Positions 46,920 to 57,821 of a stretch of 64,000 nucleotides of DNA are shown piece by piece. Positions within the stretch are counted from its first letter, which is position 1. Every line of letters starts with the position of its first letter. The stretch is from the IMG/VR virus record IMGVR_UViG_3300013200_000006. One strand, given 5' to 3'. Source of the DNA: a virus (Duplodnaviria > Heunggongvirae > Uroviricota > Caudoviricetes). A program made the translations under genes and the position numbers. The notes beneath the pieces were generated by a model. That model saw only the letters and a program-made list of their open reading frames with translations, had not been told where the DNA came from and searched no databases.

Positions 46920-48350
46920 ATGTTTAAAAAAATTGCCGCTTCTAGTATAGCAACACTTCTTGTCGCAACGCCACACGCAGCCTTCGCCCAAGAAGCACAA
47001 CCTGTCAAAGTAGGCGACCATCTAGTTCTCAAACTTGAGGACGGAAAAACCCACCTATGCTCACCCGGCCTACTCGTCGGCAATGTACTGCTTACCGCAG
47101 GGCACTGTGGACCTGCAGGAACCCCGGTGTTTGATGAAAACGATAATCAACTCGGAACACTAGAATACTTCCCTGACAACCCCTATGACAAGGAAAGCAC
47201 TGCTGCTAACGATAAGGGCTATGTCAAGCTCAATGTTCCTACTTCACGCGAGGGCGGGCCTGTAGATCCTAAAGACCTAGAACCGTATTACGGCCCGATT
47301 GATAAGGACAACGATGAGGTCTGCGCCTGGAGCACTATGGCAAATGAAGAGCGGTGCGGCAAGATTGTGGGTATGTACCCTGGCAGCATTGATTATGACT
47401 TCACCATGATTAAGGGCGACTCGGGCACTGCTGTCTATATTAAGGGCAAGGGAACGATCGCTACTCATGGTGTGTCGAACCACGAAAATGGTACCGCGTA
47501 TGGTTCTTTGCTTCCGGCTATGTATGTAATCAATGATGTGACGAAGCCGGAGGATTTGCCTTCGCCAGAGGATCCGGACGCGCCTGCAGAGGAGAACCCG
47601 GACGCGCCTGCAGAGGAGAACCCGGACGCGCCTGTAGAGGACAATCCTGATGCTCCTGCAGAAGACACTCCGGACGCACCCGCAGATAATGGTTCCGAAA
47701 ACCCAGATGCGCCTGCAGAGAACAGCCCGAATGCACCTGTAGAAGAAAATCCTGACTCTTCGATAGGAGAAAACCCAGAGGATCCTGCAGATAAATCCGA
47801 GAACCCAGACACGGCAGAAGAAAACCCGGAGGACACTACAGACAACAGTCCAGAAGGCCCTGCAGATAATAATTCTGAGGGTCCAGACGCCCCGGTAGAC
47901 AACGAGCCGACAGACACTACTTCTGAGAACCCCGAAGCACCTGCGGAAGAAACCACAGACACTACCGCAGAAAACACAGAGACACCCACAGAGGGCACTA
48001 CAGACAACACTGCCGAAAACACTAAGGCACCTGTAGAAGAAAGCCCCGCTGAGCCTACCGACACCCAAGAAACACCCATCACACAAAACCCCGCACCTAC
48101 CAGCAAACCCCGCACCACACTAGACCCACAAAAAGTCTACGAACAACGCGTCCAGCCACCAGCACCGGACGCTGAAAACAACTACGCGGTAGGAACCCCC
48201 GAACAACAAACGCCTGACAACACAGGCGAAAGCAACACCCAACGCGCACTCGCATCCACAGGCGCTAACGTGCTCCTTATCGCAGGTATCGCCGCACTAC
48301 TGCTCTGTGTCGGTATTGTCATCGTACTGTTCCGCAAAAACCGCCACTAA
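46920..48350 (+). CDS. sortase-anchored (LAxTG) trypsin-like S1 protease with Pro/Glu-rich PDAPAEEN repeats
   Basis: signal peptide; TAGHCG and GDSGTAVY catalytic motifs; C-terminal LASTG + TM + RKNRH. Confidence 0.7.
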   Translation: MFKKIAASSIATLLVATPHAAFAQEAQPVKVGDHLVLKLEDGKTHLCSPGLLVGNVLLTAGHCGPAGTPVFDENDNQLGTLEYFPDNPYDKESTAANDKGYVKLNVPTSREGGPVDPKDLEPYYGPIDKDNDEVCAWSTMANEERCGKIVGMYPGSIDYDFTMIKGDSGTAVYIKGKGTIATHGVSNHENGTAYGSLLPAMYVINDVTKPEDLPSPEDPDAPAEENPDAPAEENPDAPVEDNPDAPAEDTPDAPADNGSENPDAPAENSPNAPVEENPDSSIGENPEDPADKSENPDTAEENPEDTTDNSPEGPADNNSEGPDAPVDNEPTDTTSENPEAPAEETTDTTAENTETPTEGTTDNTAENTKAPVEESPAEPTDTQETPITQNPAPTSKPRTTLDPQKVYEQRVQPPAPDAENNYAVGTPEQQTPDNTGESNTQRALASTGANVLLIAGIAALLLCVGIVIVLFRKNRH

Positions 48351-49027
48351 TATCCGCGGTACTTAGGATACCGCGATTGATAGAACGTATCGAGGCCGAC
48401 ACCGTTGGAGTACACGTTGTGTCGAGCCTCGATATAGTTTATTGCTGCCGAGGCTTGTGCTACTGGGTCGTAGATAGCATCAGATGTCCCCGGCTGGTGG
48501 TATTGGGCGAAGGTATCTGGCACAAGTTGTAACCAGCCGCGGGAAGCATGGTACTTAAACCCGTCGCTCATTTCTTTACCGTGATAGTTCTTATCCCACG
48601 TGTTAACCGCATTAGGGGCAGAGGTGGATTCGTTTTCACCAATGAGGGTAAGTACCTGCGTCCATTTTTCTCGCAGCTCGGAGTCCTCAATACCACGAAT
48701 ATCGAGTGCCTCGTTGATGACGTTTTCCATGTCTTCTGCCGACAGTGAACCCTTTTCTGGCATGGTGAAGTCAATGTCTTCTTTGTTTAACCACTGGGTA
48801 GCGGTTTCATCACCTACGAGCGGGGTGGAGTAGTCTCCGTGGTAGAAGTTGCCTACCTCTGTGGCCCTAGGACGCTGGTCAATGTCTGCGATCAGGTCAG
48901 CAATGCTTGGGGTGTGTGAAATGGTGGGGTAGTCGCCGCGGGCATGAAGGCTTGTCAGTGGTGTGTTGGCGGTAACAGCTTGGGTGACTGATTCTGCCGC
49001 GGCGGTGATGGTGTCAAGGATGGACAA
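48347..49027 (-). CDS. lytic transglycosylase (SLT-domain) like protein
   Basis: ENESTSAP...RGWLQLVPDTFAQY...AINYI resembles SLT catalytic E-S and GLMQ..P.T motifs. Confidence 0.45.
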   Translation of the reverse strand: MSILDTITAAAESVTQAVTANTPLTSLHARGDYPTISHTPSIADLIADIDQRPRATEVGNFYHGDYSTPLVGDETATQWLNKEDIDFTMPEKGSLSAEDMENVINEALDIRGIEDSELREKWTQVLTLIGENESTSAPNAVNTWDKNYHGKEMSDGFKYHASRGWLQLVPDTFAQYHQPGTSDAIYDPVAQASAAINYIEARHNVYSNGVGLDTFYQSRYPKYRGY

Positions 49028-49093
49028 AGGTTTCTCCCTAGTTGGTTTTTGGTTCTTTTGTGCAGTGTATCAGCCTGTGCGGGTTTTGTGGGG

Positions 49094-49564
49094 TTAGTGT
49101 GCTGGGGTGAGGTGGAGTGCTGCTGCGATGGTGTCGATGTGGTTGATGTAGAAGTCTTCGAAGGAGAGGGTGTTGTTGTCGTAGGTGTAGTAGCTGATGT
49201 GGGTTTGCCAGGCGTTGTTGAGGGGTCGGAAGGTGATGTTGTGGTCATCGATGGTGTTGGGGGCGTTGAAGCGTTGGAGTTCTTGGTGGATGAATGCTCG
49301 GGTTGTGGTGGCGTGTTGTCCAGTGGTGAGTTCTTGGGTGACGTCGTTGGGGGCAGGTGTGTTGTGGGTGGCGATGATGTTGATGAGGAGTGCGGGGCCT
49401 CCGGTGAGTGCGTCGGATTTGGTGTGTGGTGTGGGTGCGAGGTTGATGGTGAGGTTGTTGTATCCGGTGTCGTTGTTGGTGTAGGTGTTGGGTAGGTGGG
49501 TGTTTTCGAAGCCGGTGAAGGGGTAGTTTCCGTGGGTGGTGACGAGTTGGGTGAGGGTGGTCAT
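49094..49564 (-). CDS. hypothetical protein
   Basis: 156-aa ORF. Confidence 0.45.
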   Translation of the reverse strand: MTTLTQLVTTHGNYPFTGFENTHLPNTYTNNDTGYNNLTINLAPTPHTKSDALTGGPALLINIIATHNTPAPNDVTQELTTGQHATTTRAFIHQELQRFNAPNTIDDHNITFRPLNNAWQTHISYYTYDNNTLSFEDFYINHIDTIAAALHLTPAH

Positions 49565-49702
49565 TGTGTGTCCTTTGGTGTTGACTGTTTTGTTTTTAGT
49601 TTACCATACGGGTTTATTTAATGCTAATTGCATTGCAACATTTAGTATGGTGTAATAGAATAACCAACGTACATCACACCACTAGACAAGGAGTCCGCTA
49701 CC

Positions 49703-50119
49703 ATGACCATCAAAAACCTTCGCGTCGCCTTCGCACACGCCTTCAACGCCGCCGTCCTACAAGGAGACGCTAACAAGGGCGACAAAAAAGACATCCGCCA
49801 CGCACGCGTAGCCCGCACCAGGTTCGACAAAATCTGCGACGATACCCCAGACCTTGACCCACAACTACGCGACCAGCTTGCCACCGCCATCTCCAACGCC
49901 GACACCGACAAAATCATGGTTATCGTCGACACCTACGGCGGGGGAGAACACCCCATCGTGCAGTACATCAAGGAAACAAACACCGAGATTGCCGAACTGA
50001 AACAAAAACTCGACGAACTAGAGTCCCACCGTGACGCACTCATTGACCAAGCCCGATACAGGGGCCTTTCAGAAGAACGCATTGCAGAAGTAGCACATGC
50101 AACAAACGAGTCACAATAG
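49703..50119 (+). CDS. hypothetical protein
   Basis: CAAGGAGTCC RBS + ATG. Confidence 0.5.
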   Translation: MTIKNLRVAFAHAFNAAVLQGDANKGDKKDIRHARVARTRFDKICDDTPDLDPQLRDQLATAISNADTDKIMVIVDTYGGGEHPIVQYIKETNTEIAELKQKLDELESHRDALIDQARYRGLSEERIAEVAHATNESQ

Positions 50120-50140
50120 CCACTCGGCCCTATTCACGAC

Positions 50141-50437
50141 CTAGGACAATGCCTCAATGCGGGCCACTACTAACTCGCCTTCAACCAAACCTGTTAACTC
50201 TATAATGTTCTGATCGCATGCCGCATACTGCACAGTATCCTCACCGACAACACTCCGGTGCGAAAACTCACCCTCAGCCTCAATAATCTTCTCAACGCAC
50301 ACATCAATAGCCTCATCCATAGACTCCGGCCCGTTCAAATCAACAGCGAACACCTCCTCCGGGGCGGAAACAAACCAGTACTCCGCGGCAAAATCAAACA
50401 ACTCGTTCAAGCCTGAAAAATCCTCAATATTCGACAT
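50141..50437 (-). CDS. hypothetical small acidic protein
   Basis: 98-aa ORF. Confidence 0.4.
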   Translation of the reverse strand: MSNIEDFSGLNELFDFAAEYWFVSAPEEVFAVDLNGPESMDEAIDVCVEKIIEAEGEFSHRSVVGEDTVQYAACDQNIIELTGLVEGELVVARIEALS

Positions 50438-50440
50438 TTT

Positions 50441-50701
50441 TTATACGTTTCCATGCGCAGCCAAATTCAGCACCATGGCAGCTACCTCACCAGTACTGTG
50501 CCCGGGACGCGACACAGCCAAAACATACTTAGACTCCACGTCCATGATCAAGACATTACCCTCGTCATCCTGCTCAAGAAGCAAGGAGCCATAGTGCGCC
50601 ACATCAATAGTCTCAATCTGCACAGTATGCTGCCCAAACGTTGCATCTTCCACCAGACCCCAATTTTCAAGAGTCTCAACAACAGCGTCCAAAGAAATCA
50701 T
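50441..50701 (-). CDS. hypothetical small protein
   Basis: 86-aa ORF, 3-nt spacing to next. Confidence 0.4.
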   Translation of the reverse strand: MISLDAVVETLENWGLVEDATFGQHTVQIETIDVAHYGSLLLEQDDEGNVLIMDVESKYVLAVSRPGHSTGEVAAMVLNLAAHGNV

Positions 50702-50749
50702 CAGCTCTAACCTTCCATACTAGAAAATACTCATCGCTATACTATCAGC

Positions 50750-50965
50750 ATGATCGAAAAACACATCAACATACTCGAAGACCATATCATCGCTGCCCTC
50801 GGCCCGTCTGCCGCACGCTACGACATCTCCGGTCTCGTCACCGACCTCGTAGACCACATTGACTCCCACGAAGGCTGGGCAGACGACGAAACCTACAACC
50901 CGGAACTCCTCCACGTCCTGGGCCCCTTTGACGAAATCAAAGAAAACTACCGGATTATTGCCTAG
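50750..50965 (+). CDS. hypothetical small acidic protein
   Basis: 71-aa ORF. Confidence 0.4.
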   Translation: MIEKHINILEDHIIAALGPSAARYDISGLVTDLVDHIDSHEGWADDETYNPELLHVLGPFDEIKENYRIIA

Positions 50966-50983
50966 AAAGGTACACTGACTCCC

Positions 50984-51583
50984 ATGGCATTCAACAATAA
51001 ACTCCCCCAACTCGCACAAGAATACCTTGTCGACGAAAACGGCACCATCACCTTTGACGACAACCTTGTTTCCATTCTCAGCGCCTCCAGCCACTTTGCT
51101 GAAATCTGGTCGGAAAACAACGACGATCGTGCTATCCCCGTCAACGTCTCCCGATCCGCTGACTTCATGGAACAAATGCACTCCATCGCCCACACCCTCT
51201 TCGACGTATTCTCCCCTGCCCTGCCGCACTTTAGCTCGGAGACCATCTACGAGGCCTGCCGCTTCGGTATTGCACTGTCACTGCCCATCGACGACGACAC
51301 CCTAGAAAACAGGTCCGCCCACTACACCTACCTCAAGGGTTCCACCACTGAAGACTTCAACGACTTCACCGATGACGTCAACGCCAGTATCCAAGCCGCG
51401 GGACTGTCTTTGGAAGACGACGATACCCAAACACAGCGTGCAGTAACCTACCTGTCCGCGTGCGCTGCAAATGATCGCCGCCACAATAATGAAACAGGTT
51501 CAGGTCGCGCGTTCCGCCACGCATGGGACGAGATGGAACGCTACATGGGCGGCTATTTTGCCCGCTACGGAACCTTAACTTAA
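50984..51583 (+). CDS. hypothetical protein
   Basis: 199-aa ORF. Confidence 0.45.
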   Translation: MAFNNKLPQLAQEYLVDENGTITFDDNLVSILSASSHFAEIWSENNDDRAIPVNVSRSADFMEQMHSIAHTLFDVFSPALPHFSSETIYEACRFGIALSLPIDDDTLENRSAHYTYLKGSTTEDFNDFTDDVNASIQAAGLSLEDDDTQTQRAVTYLSACAANDRRHNNETGSGRAFRHAWDEMERYMGGYFARYGTLT

Positions 51584-51861
51584 AAGAGCGTTGCAGTTGC
51601 GGCGTTAAAGCTCTTTACCTGCTCACGTTCCCCATCGAGCACACCATACACAGGGGTGTCCATAAGCTGCTCTGGTACACCAGCCAGGGCAGTTTTTATT
51701 GTTGCCACGTCCAGCGGCTCATGCTCATGGCAGGAATGCAGCTCGATACTGCTGTTATCACGAGCAACACGCACCCCAGTGATAAACCCATAATCGTAGC
51801 GCAGGTACAACATTCCCGGCACGGTTTCAAGATCGTGGATAAGTTCAGATATAGTGACCAT
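51580..51861 (-). CDS. hypothetical small protein
   Basis: 93-aa ORF. Confidence 0.4.
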   Translation of the reverse strand: MVTISELIHDLETVPGMLYLRYDYGFITGVRVARDNSSIELHSCHEHEPLDVATIKTALAGVPEQLMDTPVYGVLDGEREQVKSFNAATATLF

Positions 51862-51863
51862 GA

Positions 51864-52334
51864 TTAAAAACTCCTTGCAGCAGCAGCGTTAGATTCGTCT
51901 TTTTCTTGCAGTTTTAACACTAGCTGATACGCCTCGGGGGCAGTATCAGGTTGGGCAAATAGATTGTTGATGTTGTTTTTGAACTCCGTGGGATCGTCTA
52001 CCTTTGTGGTAAACCCTGCCACAACCCGCTCGTAGCGCACGGTGTAGATGAAGTAAAACAGGGCCACTGAAAACACCAGTGAGGGCATTGCAAGGAGAGC
52101 AAGCCCCGCGGTTGTGGTAGTTGCCGCCATGGCTATTAAGGAACCTGCAGATAAAATACCTGTAATCCACAACAAGGGTGTCATGTGGAAAAACTCGCTG
52201 GTATGCCGGTACGTGTTATAACGTTTCCACCACGGGGAAGTTTTATCCCAGCGTCGGTCTACTAGGTAGAAGGTAGCAAGGCCATCGCGTTCGGGTCCTT
52301 CATCGAGGTAAAAGTAGGTTGCGGGTGTGCGCAT
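51864..52334 (-). CDS. membrane protein (two TM helices)
   Basis: ITGILSAGSLIAMAATTTTAGLALLAMPSLVFSVALFYFIY. Confidence 0.45.
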   Translation of the reverse strand: MRTPATYFYLDEGPERDGLATFYLVDRRWDKTSPWWKRYNTYRHTSEFFHMTPLLWITGILSAGSLIAMAATTTTAGLALLAMPSLVFSVALFYFIYTVRYERVVAGFTTKVDDPTEFKNNINNLFAQPDTAPEAYQLVLKLQEKDESNAAAARSF

Positions 52335-52356
52335 TATGGGTTCTTTCTGTAGGCGT

Positions 52357-53238
52357 CTAGGATTTTAGTCGGAAAACTTTCCACCTGCCGTCAGGGTCTT
52401 TTTCTACCTTACCATCTGCGCGGAAGTCCTTTTCTACTGGCTTGATGTGGTCTCCGTTTCCAGGCTCTAGTGACCAGGAGGCACGCGGTGCGGTAAAGTC
52501 TATGAGGTGTTTTTTGTCTTCGCTGAGTTTAGCGTGGAAGTCGTCTGCGACAAGTAGGTCGTTTTGGGCTTTGACCTCTTGTTTACCCTTAACAGGCTCC
52601 ATGAGGTAGGTGTCGGGGTAGATGTTTTGGATTTCGTCTGATGCATTGACTAGTACCCAGCCGGGCAGAGGTACGGGGGTTTCGATTATGTCGGCGAGGA
52701 TATTGTCTGTGTTGCGGACGAAAAGTAGACCTTTAATGACATAGGTGTCGGTTGTTTTGCCATTAAAAGTAATCGTGCCAGAACCAATCTGCCGATCCGT
52801 AGACCACACAGTATCAAAATCAATACGAGAATCCCCATGCGAGGTAAAACCCTTCGTATGAACAACCGGCACCTTATAGGTCTCTAAAACCTTATCGTAG
52901 AGTTTCGCACCCGTATCAATAGCAGGAACTTCGGGCGGTTTCGGTGCCGCAGGAGAATCTTCTAACTCCGGGATTTCTTCTTCACCAGCTTCAGGCGCAG
53001 GTGCCTCCTCTTCTTTGTTGTTAAGGTCCTCACCAGCGTTTTCGTCACGAGCCTGAGTTGTTTCCCCACCGCCTGGGATAAGCCCTGTAATACGATCCTT
53101 GTTGACAAAAAGTGCCGCCAGAATCACCAGAATCAAAAACGGCACAACAATAAACTTAATGACCTTCTCCAGGTTAAAAGACCGTGCCTCGGCTCGTTTA
53201 CCGGAGGAGAAACTATCTTCTGAAGTAATAAGCGGCAC
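52357..53238 (-). CDS. membrane-anchored extracytoplasmic protein
   Basis: N-terminal TM FIVVPFLILVILAALFV then acidic Pro/Glu linker and beta-rich domain. Confidence 0.45.
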   Translation of the reverse strand: MPLITSEDSFSSGKRAEARSFNLEKVIKFIVVPFLILVILAALFVNKDRITGLIPGGGETTQARDENAGEDLNNKEEEAPAPEAGEEEIPELEDSPAAPKPPEVPAIDTGAKLYDKVLETYKVPVVHTKGFTSHGDSRIDFDTVWSTDRQIGSGTITFNGKTTDTYVIKGLLFVRNTDNILADIIETPVPLPGWVLVNASDEIQNIYPDTYLMEPVKGKQEVKAQNDLLVADDFHAKLSEDKKHLIDFTAPRASWSLEPGNGDHIKPVEKDFRADGKVEKDPDGRWKVFRLKS

Positions 53239-53348
53239 GGGTATTCGTGTCCTTTCTTTTCATCACAGAGAGAGGATTTTCGGGAAGGCTAACTACAAAG
53301 CATTGTATACTTGACTCATTAATTTTGGGAAAGGAGTTTGGGTTTTCC

Positions 53349-53729
53349 GTGGCTTTACACAAAAAATCCTGGGCAGTGCTGCCTTTTATCGTACTCATCT
53401 TATGCTGGGCAGCAGCCGCCACATCTCCCAAAGCCGCTAACCTACTTGTCGAAACCGGGTTTCTAACCCCACAATCCTCCGCACTTTTCGACCTGCCCGG
53501 CGCGCATGGTGCAGGACTCGGGGTGTTTAATGTTCTGCTTTATGTCGGTGTCATGTTCGTTGTGGGCCCTATCTGGTCAGTGGCTACGTCATTGGACTAT
53601 GTGTGGGATTCTGATTTTCATGATGATAACGAGGCCCCAGTCGCTGAGCCCACCGCGCCAAGGGTGCGTAAGAGCGCGGATAAGGGCAAAAAGGATCAGG
53701 GCAGTAAGTTTGCCGACTTAGATGAATAA
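53349..53729 (+). CDS. small membrane protein
   Basis: GAAAGGAG then GTG; three hydrophobic segments; start uncertain (track 53247). Confidence 0.35.
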   Translation: MALHKKSWAVLPFIVLILCWAAAATSPKAANLLVETGFLTPQSSALFDLPGAHGAGLGVFNVLLYVGVMFVVGPIWSVATSLDYVWDSDFHDDNEAPVAEPTAPRVRKSADKGKKDQGSKFADLDE

Positions 53730-53791
53730 TCAGGGTTTTTGTTTTCTAGGTGTTGTGCGGGGCGGTTGATAGAATATAGGCAGCTGACAGG

Positions 53792-54148
53792 TTGGAGGAT
53801 TTTATGGCTATTTCTTTTAGTGAAAGCGAAGTGCGCTCAATCCATCAGACGTTAGAAGAGTCTGCAGATCGTTTGAAGAAGGTTATTTCGCAGATGGAGT
53901 CTTTATCAAGCAAGTTTGATGAAAAAGACGTGTCTGTGCTGGACCCTAAGTGGGGGCATACGGTCACAGGCAATACTTTCCGGCGTCGTGACGAGGTGCT
54001 GAAGGTGATGAAGATAGTGCAAAATGATCTTGCGTCTTTGTCCAAAAACAATGGTGAATTGTCCGAGATTGTTAAAGACTTTGTAGCTAAGAATAAAGAA
54101 AACACCGAAAATACTCTTGCCTCTCTCGACTCTATGAAGGAGAAATAA
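53792..54148 (+). CDS. hypothetical helical protein
   Basis: 118-aa ORF, GGAGGATTTT RBS. Confidence 0.45.
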   Translation: MEDFMAISFSESEVRSIHQTLEESADRLKKVISQMESLSSKFDEKDVSVLDPKWGHTVTGNTFRRRDEVLKVMKIVQNDLASLSKNNGELSEIVKDFVAKNKENTENTLASLDSMKEK

Positions 54149-54151
54149 CCC

Positions 54152-54757
54152 ATGCCTACCATTAAACTTTCCGATGAAGAAATGCTCGCTATGGCTAAAA
54201 AGCTCAACTCTTTAAAAGGTGAGCTTGATAAAAAGGCCATGGAATTGTCAAAGGTCCAGGACGTTTTTGACGATAATGTCATTGAAGAAGACTGGTGCCC
54301 GGAGCTTCGAGATGTGCAGAAGAAGATTGCTGAGGCGGGCAAAGATCGGCTTATTGATACTAAGTACGAGTTACTGCATACTGCGGATCGTGTAGATCAT
54401 TTTGGTCGGTCTATTATGGACTTCTTGGCGGAGTTTGCTGATCTTAAAGACGAGACGTATAAGGCTTTGCAGCTGGGTAATGCGGATATTGGATTTAGGA
54501 TTAGTCAGTTGGAGCCGGATGCGAAAAGTGATGATGCGGATAGGTACCGCAAAGGTGGGGATCATTTTCAAGAAAGTTTTGTGACAGACGGTCTAGAGGC
54601 TGACGATGAGGATGAAAAGAAGGAGTCGACTGTGGGCACTCCAAGCAGTGACGAGACCCCGAAGGAAGAGGATAAGAAGTCTGAATCTTCCGACAATGAT
54701 CAGGGGCCGCATATTATGACTAAGGAAGAAGTTGCGGAATTTAGGCGAGGAGAATAG
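54152..54757 (+). CDS. hypothetical protein with acidic low-complexity tail
   Basis: 201-aa ORF starting 4 nt after previous stop. Confidence 0.45.
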   Translation: MPTIKLSDEEMLAMAKKLNSLKGELDKKAMELSKVQDVFDDNVIEEDWCPELRDVQKKIAEAGKDRLIDTKYELLHTADRVDHFGRSIMDFLAEFADLKDETYKALQLGNADIGFRISQLEPDAKSDDADRYRKGGDHFQESFVTDGLEADDEDEKKESTVGTPSSDETPKEEDKKSESSDNDQGPHIMTKEEVAEFRRGE

Positions 54758-54767
54758 GAGTTTTTAA

Positions 54768-55265
54768 ATGACTAACCCATTGGCACATAATGAAGGACAA
54801 TCTTCCAACGACTCTTCTTTAGCAGACGCACTAGGCGGATCATCCCTTGGCGACGCCATGAAATCTTCTGGTGGACTAAGCGACATGCTTAGCTCTGCCG
54901 GTGGTGGTTTCGGCAGCGGACTAGGATCCAGGGAAACCGTTATTGTCAACACAGACAACATCCGAGACTTCATTTCCCAGTACAAAAAGGCCGCAGAACG
55001 CTGGGAAAACGTAGCCCAATCCGTCCAAGCCATTCTCGACGCCTACGACGAAGACGCAAAAACTTACACCGCCACAGGCGGAGCGATGCCCATTACTGAC
55101 GAAACACGCAAAATCCTGTACGAAAAGCTGGAAAAAGTAGTCAAATCCTGCCACGAGTTCGGCGTGTCCGTAGAACAGGACTGTGCTGGACTAGAAATGC
55201 TGGCACAAGCCCACGATGAAAACGCAGCCCAAGCCAGCCAAGCAGCAGAAAACTCTTCCTCTTAA
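54768..55265 (+). CDS. hypothetical protein with Gly/Ser-rich N-terminus
   Basis: 165-aa ORF. Confidence 0.45.
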   Translation: MTNPLAHNEGQSSNDSSLADALGGSSLGDAMKSSGGLSDMLSSAGGGFGSGLGSRETVIVNTDNIRDFISQYKKAAERWENVAQSVQAILDAYDEDAKTYTATGGAMPITDETRKILYEKLEKVVKSCHEFGVSVEQDCAGLEMLAQAHDENAAQASQAAENSSS

Positions 55266-55289
55266 GCCCAAAAAGCACACCCAACAAAC

Positions 55290-55330
55290 CGGGCACTGAA
55301 ACTATTGTTTTCGGTGCCCGTTTTTGTGCT
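55290..55330 (+). terminator. Rho-independent terminator
   Basis: CCGGGCACTGAAA...TTTTCGGTGCCCG stem then TTTTTG. Confidence 0.6.
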
Positions 55331-55525
55331 TTCAACGGCACATTCCCTAAATTTTGACACCCACAACCACACACGGTATAGTCTCAATCAGTCGCCTACA
55401 CAAGGCGGCAACGTGGAACATTATTACGCGTGCTCCACGGCCCATAATACGGGTTCGCAGGGTGCGGACTTCAATCCCTGTGCTACATTGCGTACTACAC
55501 ACTAGAAAGTGGGATTTAACCTATA

Positions 55526-56682
55526 TGACCACGCCAAATCTTCAAAACCCTTTCCTGGTCAACCAAACTGACCCTCTGCCAACCAACACTGTGCCACAGG
55601 CAGAAGAACACGACCCCAAGGAACCGAAGGCCACTAAGATCTTTGGAATCCCTTTGCCCGACCAGTCCGGCCCAGAGCGTACCTACCGCTACGACAAGGG
55701 CGGCTACTCGCTTACCGACCCGGCAAAGAACACGAAGTCCAGCACTAAGGTAACTTTGCTGCTCGACTCCACCCTGTCTAATGGCCTCAACGACATTCGC
55801 GGACTCGCAAAGATCTCCTCCCGAGACATGCTGCGCTCTGTCGTTAACGATCCTTCCTACCTGCAGTCGCTGGAGACTTCTTCCCCCGACGACATGGTTG
55901 AAGACATTGCTGACACCTACCAGAGCCGCGGTGTTGCAGGACGCGCAGCAGAAGTAGCTGAGGCTATCACCGCTTGGATTAACGCCTATGACTACCACGG
56001 CGTTGAAATTGCGGAAATGCCGGAACAGATTCAGCCGTATGTTAAGGCCTACGACATTGTTTTGCGCAAGTACCGACTGACTTTCAACGAGAATCTGACG
56101 AATCGTCTTATCACCCGAGCTGGTGAGGACGGTGTCACCCCCGAAGACGGCCAGTACACGGTATCTAATACTTATCGCGTCTATACCGGGCCGGATGGTG
56201 AAACAATTAGTCTGCACCTGACTACATCGCCGCACTGGGAGCGTCGTCTACCTGGTTTTGCTGCTAATGCTGGTTTCGCGTCTCAGTCGCATCGTATTTT
56301 GGGCAAGGGTGCTAAGTCCGGTTGGGCAGAAAAGGACTTGTCTGATGCTAAGTGGCAGGACGCTAAGTTTGGTGTCCTTGTGCTGCCTCGTACGTTGGAC
56401 GAGAGTGGCCGATCTAATGGTCATATTGTTGGCCTGGACAAGAGCCAATGCCAGGATATGGCGGACGTGGCTAAGACTTTGTACAACGTTAATCAGGCGC
56501 ATGCCGATAAGGTTGTGGACAATAAGCTCATCTCTGGTGTTAATCCGGCTATTTTGGAAGAGCTGGATAAGACCAACGACTGGGTTGAGATGGCTGCGTT
56601 GTGGGAGAAGCATAAGGATATTTGGGTAGACGAGTACACCACGTATGGTCAGGATCGTTTGCGTAATCTGGCTTCTCAGTAA
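55526..56682 (+). CDS. hypothetical protein
   Basis: ATG at 55526 after AAGTGGGA; track lists longer 55354 form. Confidence 0.45.
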
Positions 56683-56738
56683 TTTTGTCTTTTGAATCAT
56701 TTTCCAATTTCCACTTTTTCTAGAAAGGTTTAACTTTC

Positions 56739-57752
56739 ATGTCTAATCAGAACATCAGCTCCGAAAATCCGTTTGCTTCCCAGGCAGGTTTTGATCCGAC
56801 TGCGGCACCACAGCAGCAGGGTCAGTCTCAGCAGCAGGATCCGTGGTCTCAGGCTCAGCCGCAGCAGGATCAGTCTCAGCAGTCTGGTGGTCAGGATCCG
56901 TGGTCTCAGGCTCAGCAGGGCCAGGATCAGCAGGCTCAGCCGCAGCAGGATCAGGCTCCACAGTCTGATAATCAGGCTCCGCAGTTCCAGTCCCCACAGT
57001 CTCAGCAGGAGCAGCAGAATGGTCAGGGTGGTTTCCAGGGCCAGCAGCCGGATAATCAGGCTCCACAGTTCTTGTCTCCGCAGGATCAGGGCCAGCAGAA
57101 TCAGGGTGGTTTCCAGAATCAGCAGAATGGATTCCAGAACCAGGGCGGTTTCCAGGGCCAGCAGAATGGGTTCCAGCAGAATCAGGGCGGTTTCCAGAAC
57201 CAGGGCGGTTTCCAGGGCCAGCAGAATCAGGGTGGTTTCCAGAATCAGCAGAACGGTTTCCAGAACCAGGGCGGATTCCAGGGTCAGCCGCAGCAGCAGC
57301 AGGCGGGTGAGACCATCACCGCCAGCGGCCCCGCAGTTGTTGACCTCAACAACCCGGACCAGTACATGTACCAGGCAAACCAGGACCGAGGCGACATCCG
57401 CAAGGAAGGCGACGCTATCCTCCTCATGGTGCCTACCAAGATTGAGTATGACGTACCCTCCAAGTACGGCAACGGCAGCGACACTTACAACCGCTGTGTC
57501 CTCGACTTCCTAGTTGTCACCGGCCCCAACCAGGGCACCGTGTACCGCGATTCCATGAACTTCAACTCCTACATCATTTACTCCATGCAGGATGCGTTGA
57601 AGCGTAACATCCCGATCGTGGGCAAGGTTCAGAAGAAGCCTACCAAGAAGGCTCCGAATGGTGCATGGATGGTTGAAACCGTTGAGGATAAGAATATCTG
57701 GCATCAGGCAGTCCAGATGGGCATTCAGGCTGGCCTCCTCCGCGGCGCTTAA
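56739..57752 (+). CDS. protein with Gln/Gly-rich low-complexity N-terminal repeats (QGGFQNQ)n and a C-terminal globular domain
   Basis: ~190-aa repeat region then ordered C-terminal 140 aa. Confidence 0.5.
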   Translation: MSNQNISSENPFASQAGFDPTAAPQQQGQSQQQDPWSQAQPQQDQSQQSGGQDPWSQAQQGQDQQAQPQQDQAPQSDNQAPQFQSPQSQQEQQNGQGGFQGQQPDNQAPQFLSPQDQGQQNQGGFQNQQNGFQNQGGFQGQQNGFQQNQGGFQNQGGFQGQQNQGGFQNQQNGFQNQGGFQGQPQQQQAGETITASGPAVVDLNNPDQYMYQANQDRGDIRKEGDAILLMVPTKIEYDVPSKYGNGSDTYNRCVLDFLVVTGPNQGTVYRDSMNFNSYIIYSMQDALKRNIPIVGKVQKKPTKKAPNGAWMVETVEDKNIWHQAVQMGIQAGLLRGA

Positions 57753-57764
57753 ATAACCCCTCGT

Positions 57765-57815
57765 AACAAACCCCCTTGTGTTCTCTAATACGAGAGCTCA
57801 AGGGGGATTGTTTTT
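57765..57815. terminator. bidirectional Rho-independent terminator
   Basis: CCCCCTTG...CAAGGGGG stem then ATTGTTTTTG. Confidence 0.6.
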
Positions 57816-57821
57816 GTATCA